A stretch of 64,000 bases of DNA. It comes from Alphaproteobacteria bacterium. GTDB taxonomy: Bacteria; Pseudomonadota; Alphaproteobacteria; MPNO01; UBA830. The position numbers and the translations under genes are program-made. Within the stretch, counting starts at the first letter, position 1. The number at the start of each line of letters is the position of its first letter. Below, one piece after another: positions 61,299-64,000 of this stretch. The notes under the pieces were generated by a model. It had not been told where the DNA came from and searched no databases. It saw only the letters and a program-made list of their open reading frames with translations. Location of the stretch: contig OZ251539.1 of the NCBI GenBank assembly GCA_965243135.1, forward strand, positions 1,344,001-1,408,000, read 5' to 3'.

Positions 61299-62245
61299 AT
61301 CAGGCCGGCTTCCATGAAGAACTTCCGGGCGCCGTCATGGTAGGGCAGGCCGATGTCGCGGCCGATGTTCTTGGGGTCGAAGCTGCCGAACGCCTTGTGC
61401 GACGCCACCAGTTTTTCCTTGTTGCCGTAAATCGCCTTCACGACCTTGTAGACCAGCTCGGCGGGCGTGTTCGTGCTTGCGTTCAGGATGAACGGAGCGA
61501 CGAGCGTGTTGGTCGGCCCCTCGACGCCCGGGAATCTCGGCGTCGGCTGGATCGTTCCGATGTAGGCGCCCGGCGCGATGCCCTGAAGAATCTTCTGGGT
61601 CTTCTCGTTGAGTTCGGCGGAAAGCACCCGGATTCCGCCGACCGCGGCGTGAGCCTGGCGGGTCTTGCCGGACGAAAGGGAAAAGTTCGCCGCGTCGACC
61701 TTGCCCGCCATGAAAGCCTCCACGCCGCGGACGCCGTTCGGAACCGGGAAGGGTTTGGTGTCCTTTTCGGCGACGCCCGCCGTGGCGAGCAGCGCCCTAG
61801 CGAACAGGCTGGCGATCCTCTGCTTGGTGTATTTCGAGGGAAGCCGCGCGCCCTTCAGGTCGCCGATGGTCTTGATCGGCGAATCCTGGCGCACGAACCA
61901 TCCGACCACCAGCGGGAACAGCGACGCCGCCATGCGGACGTCTTCCTGCTTCTTGTCCTTGAACATGACCGCGCCTTGCCGCGCGAAAGCGGTCACCACG
62001 CTGACCGAGATCGTGAAGTCCAGACGCCCCTTGTTCAGCAGCGGCAGCGTCACGACCGGTCCGCCCTGGGGCACGACCCGCATCTTCACGTCGGCGTTTT
62101 CGATCGCGACCCTCGCGATTCCGGCGCCGGTGGCGTAGGCGAGCGAACCCTGCGGGTTCGTGCCGATGCTGATCGTCTGGGCCGACGCCGTCGCGGCGGC
62201 GAGGCCTCCGACGATCAGCGCGCTGGTCATCATGGCCGTTTTCAT
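61295..62245 (-). CDS. TAXI-family TRAP solute-binding protein
   Basis: Signal peptide, ISIGTNPQGS, SPIKTIGDLKG, LPYHDGARKFF. Confidence 0.92.
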   Translation of the reverse strand: MKTAMMTSALIVGGLAAATASAQTISIGTNPQGSLAYATGAGIARVAIENADVKMRVVPQGGPVVTLPLLNKGRLDFTISVSVVTAFARQGAVMFKDKKQEDVRMAASLFPLVVGWFVRQDSPIKTIGDLKGARLPSKYTKQRIASLFARALLATAGVAEKDTKPFPVPNGVRGVEAFMAGKVDAANFSLSSGKTRQAHAAVGGIRVLSAELNEKTQKILQGIAPGAYIGTIQPTPRFPGVEGPTNTLVAPFILNASTNTPAELVYKVVKAIYGNKEKLVASHKAFGSFDPKNIGRDIGLPYHDGARKFFMEAGLM

Positions 62246-62314
62246 GTGTCTTCTCCCATTTGGTAGCCGGTTGCCGAGCGTCGTTGTATCACCGGGAGCG
62301 CGCGTCCGAAAACT

Positions 62315-63028
62315 TCACGCGAGGCCCGCCCGGATCGGTCCGTCGGGGGTCTTGCGCACGAACTGCGCGACGTAGGGGTTGTCGGCGGCGTCGATATCCG
62401 CGCCCGTCCAGACCACGCGCCCCTCGTGAAGCATCACGGTCCGATCCGCGATCGACCGGGCGACGTCGAGGTTGCTGGTCGCGGTGATCGCCGTCGCTCC
62501 CAGTCTCGCGACGTTTTCGGCGATCAGGTCGGTGATGATTCCGGTCATGACCGGATCGAGGCCCGCCGTCGGTTCGTCCAGCAGCAGGAGGTCCGGATCG
62601 TCCGCGAGCGCCCGGGCGAGTCCGACCCGTTTCTGCATGCCGCCGGACAGCTCGACCGGATAGAGGAAGGCCGCTTCGGCGTCGAGGCCGACCTGAGCCA
62701 GCCTCGCCGTGGCGGCGGCGATCGCGTCGTCCCGCCTGGCCCTGAGCCTGAAAGCGATGTTTTCCCAGACCGTCAGGCTGTCGAACAATGCGGCGCGCTG
62801 GAACAGCATGCCGATCCGGACGCCGTCGGCGAACCCTTCGACGCTTCCCGACTCCGGGCGGAAAAGGCCGGCGAGCGTCTTCAGCGTCACTGTCTTGCCC
62901 GCGGCGGTGGGGCCGATCAGGACCAGGGATTTTCCGCTCTCGGCCTCGAAGCCGACGCCGTCCAGAACGCGCGCGCCTTCCAACCGCACGGTGACGTTCC
63001 TCAGCGAAATCCCCGCCCGGCCGGTCAT
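62315..63028 (-). CDS. ABC transporter ATP-binding protein (MlaF-like)
   Basis: GPTAAGKT, FQRAALFDSLTV, LSGGMQKRVGLARA, DEPTAGLDP; H-loop reads TSN instead of THD. Confidence 0.85.
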   Translation of the reverse strand: MTGRAGISLRNVTVRLEGARVLDGVGFEAESGKSLVLIGPTAAGKTVTLKTLAGLFRPESGSVEGFADGVRIGMLFQRAALFDSLTVWENIAFRLRARRDDAIAAATARLAQVGLDAEAAFLYPVELSGGMQKRVGLARALADDPDLLLLDEPTAGLDPVMTGIITDLIAENVARLGATAITATSNLDVARSIADRTVMLHEGRVVWTGADIDAADNPYVAQFVRKTPDGPIRAGLA

Positions 63029-63310
63029 GCGCCGCCGGATCCCGGCAAGCGCCGCCGCCGCCCGCGGCGGGACGCGGAAGAGTCCCGGCCGGAGACGCCC
63101 GCGCCGCGAACGGCCGCGTCGACTCGACAGCGCTTCGGCATGATCGTCCCTTCAAGAGTCGTTCCGGGCATCATGTCACCCTTGCGCGGCGGTGTCATGT
63201 CCGCCCGCGCCGCCGTCCCGCGAGGCGAGGCGTCGGCGCCGCCCGCTTCCATTCCGGCGGAAATTCGTTCAAAACGCTTCCGGAAGCGGCGGCATGGAAG
63301 GGTTCGAGTC

Positions 63311-64000
63311 ATGTTCACGGATCGCATCGAGGCCAAGTGGATCGACACGTTCTGTTCGGTATTCGAGCTGTGCGGGTTGTCGCCGGGCGACACCGCTGCC
63401 GTTTTGTCGGAAACGCAGTCGCGCGAGCTGAACGTCCATCTCGCGGAGCTCGCCCTGCGGCGTCTGAATGTCCGCGCCTTTCACGTGAAGCTCGTGTCCC
63501 CGCTCCAGACCGCGCCGGTTCCGGTGCGCTCCACGGGCGCGTCGAACGCGGTGCAGGGGCTTGCTCCCGTCGTCGCGGCCCTGGGAGCCTCGACGATCGT
63601 GGTGGACTGCACCGTGGAAGGGCTGCTTCATGCGCAGGAATTGCCGCAAATCCTCGAGGGCGGCGCGCGCCTCATGATGATTTCCAACGAGCATCCGGAC
63701 GTTCTCGAACGGCTGGCGCCGGATCCCGAACTCGCCCCGAGGGTGAAGAACGGCGTGCGGAAACTGTCGGCCGCGAGCCGCATGACGGTCGAGTCCGATG
63801 CCGGCACCGAACTGGAGATCGACGTCGACGGGACGCGCGGCGCGGGCGTCTGGGGCTTTTGCGACCGGCCGGGGCACGTCGCTCACTGGCCGGGCGGACT
63901 GGTGCTCTGCTTTCCGGCGGCGGGCGCCGTCAACGGCAAGCTGGTGCTGGACGCGGGCGACGTCAATCTGACCTTCAAGCGCTATCTCGAAGCTCCGATC
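63311..64000 (+). CDS. Peptidase M29-like / 2,5-dihydroxypyridine dioxygenase (NicX)-like protein, runs off the window
   Basis: MFTDRIEAKW...LSETQSR...VPVRSTGAS...VDCTVEGLLHA...ISNEHP...HWPGGLVLCFP; open to the window end. Confidence 0.75.
   Translation, partial: MFTDRIEAKWIDTFCSVFELCGLSPGDTAAVLSETQSRELNVHLAELALRRLNVRAFHVKLVSPLQTAPVPVRSTGASNAVQGLAPVVAALGASTIVVDCTVEGLLHAQELPQILEGGARLMMISNEHPDVLERLAPDPELAPRVKNGVRKLSAASRMTVESDAGTELEIDVDGTRGAGVWGFCDRPGHVAHWPGGLVLCFPAAGAVNGKLVLDAGDVNLTFKRYLEAPI

Noticed and set aside
1-64000. tRNA, rRNA or prophage genes
   Set aside because: No recognisable RNA gene signatures or phage structural genes seen by eye; a tRNAscan/Infernal run would be needed to exclude small RNAs.

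Overview
A GC-rich bacterial window, probably alphaproteobacterial; the gene content resembles host-associated or sponge-symbiont genomes, but that is inference. Two intact metabolic/transport blocks are present. The first (~5.3-10.7 kb) has aspartate dehydrogenase, crotonase, acyl-CoA ligase, an MFS pump and an NMT1-type binding protein. The second (~56.4-64 kb) has TRAP/TAXI transporters, an MBL hydrolase, an ABC ATPase and an M29/NicX-like enzyme. Between them lies a ~45 kb decaying defence island full of insertion sequences and dispersed repeats. Intact candidate defence modules are a SIR2-STAND (Avs5-like) protein, a ParB-like + PD-(D/E)xK-like pair, a NYN RNase + NACHT NTPase pair (the best candidate for an undescribed system), VapBC and two AAA-PD-(D/E)xK proteins. 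Damaged modules are IetAS, a type IIG RM enzyme, a C5-MTase/MORC-like RM remnant, HicAB, ATPase+DUF4276, a small toxin + IrrE-like protease, and an MTase-ATPase-HNH (Septu-like) operon split by IS630. Five IS copies are delimited exactly by terminal repeats and target duplications: two IS66-like elements carrying DUF4338, two ISNCY-like elements and one IS630. No CRISPR array, rRNA, tRNA or reverse transcriptase was seen. All family calls come from motif recognition by eye, not database searches.
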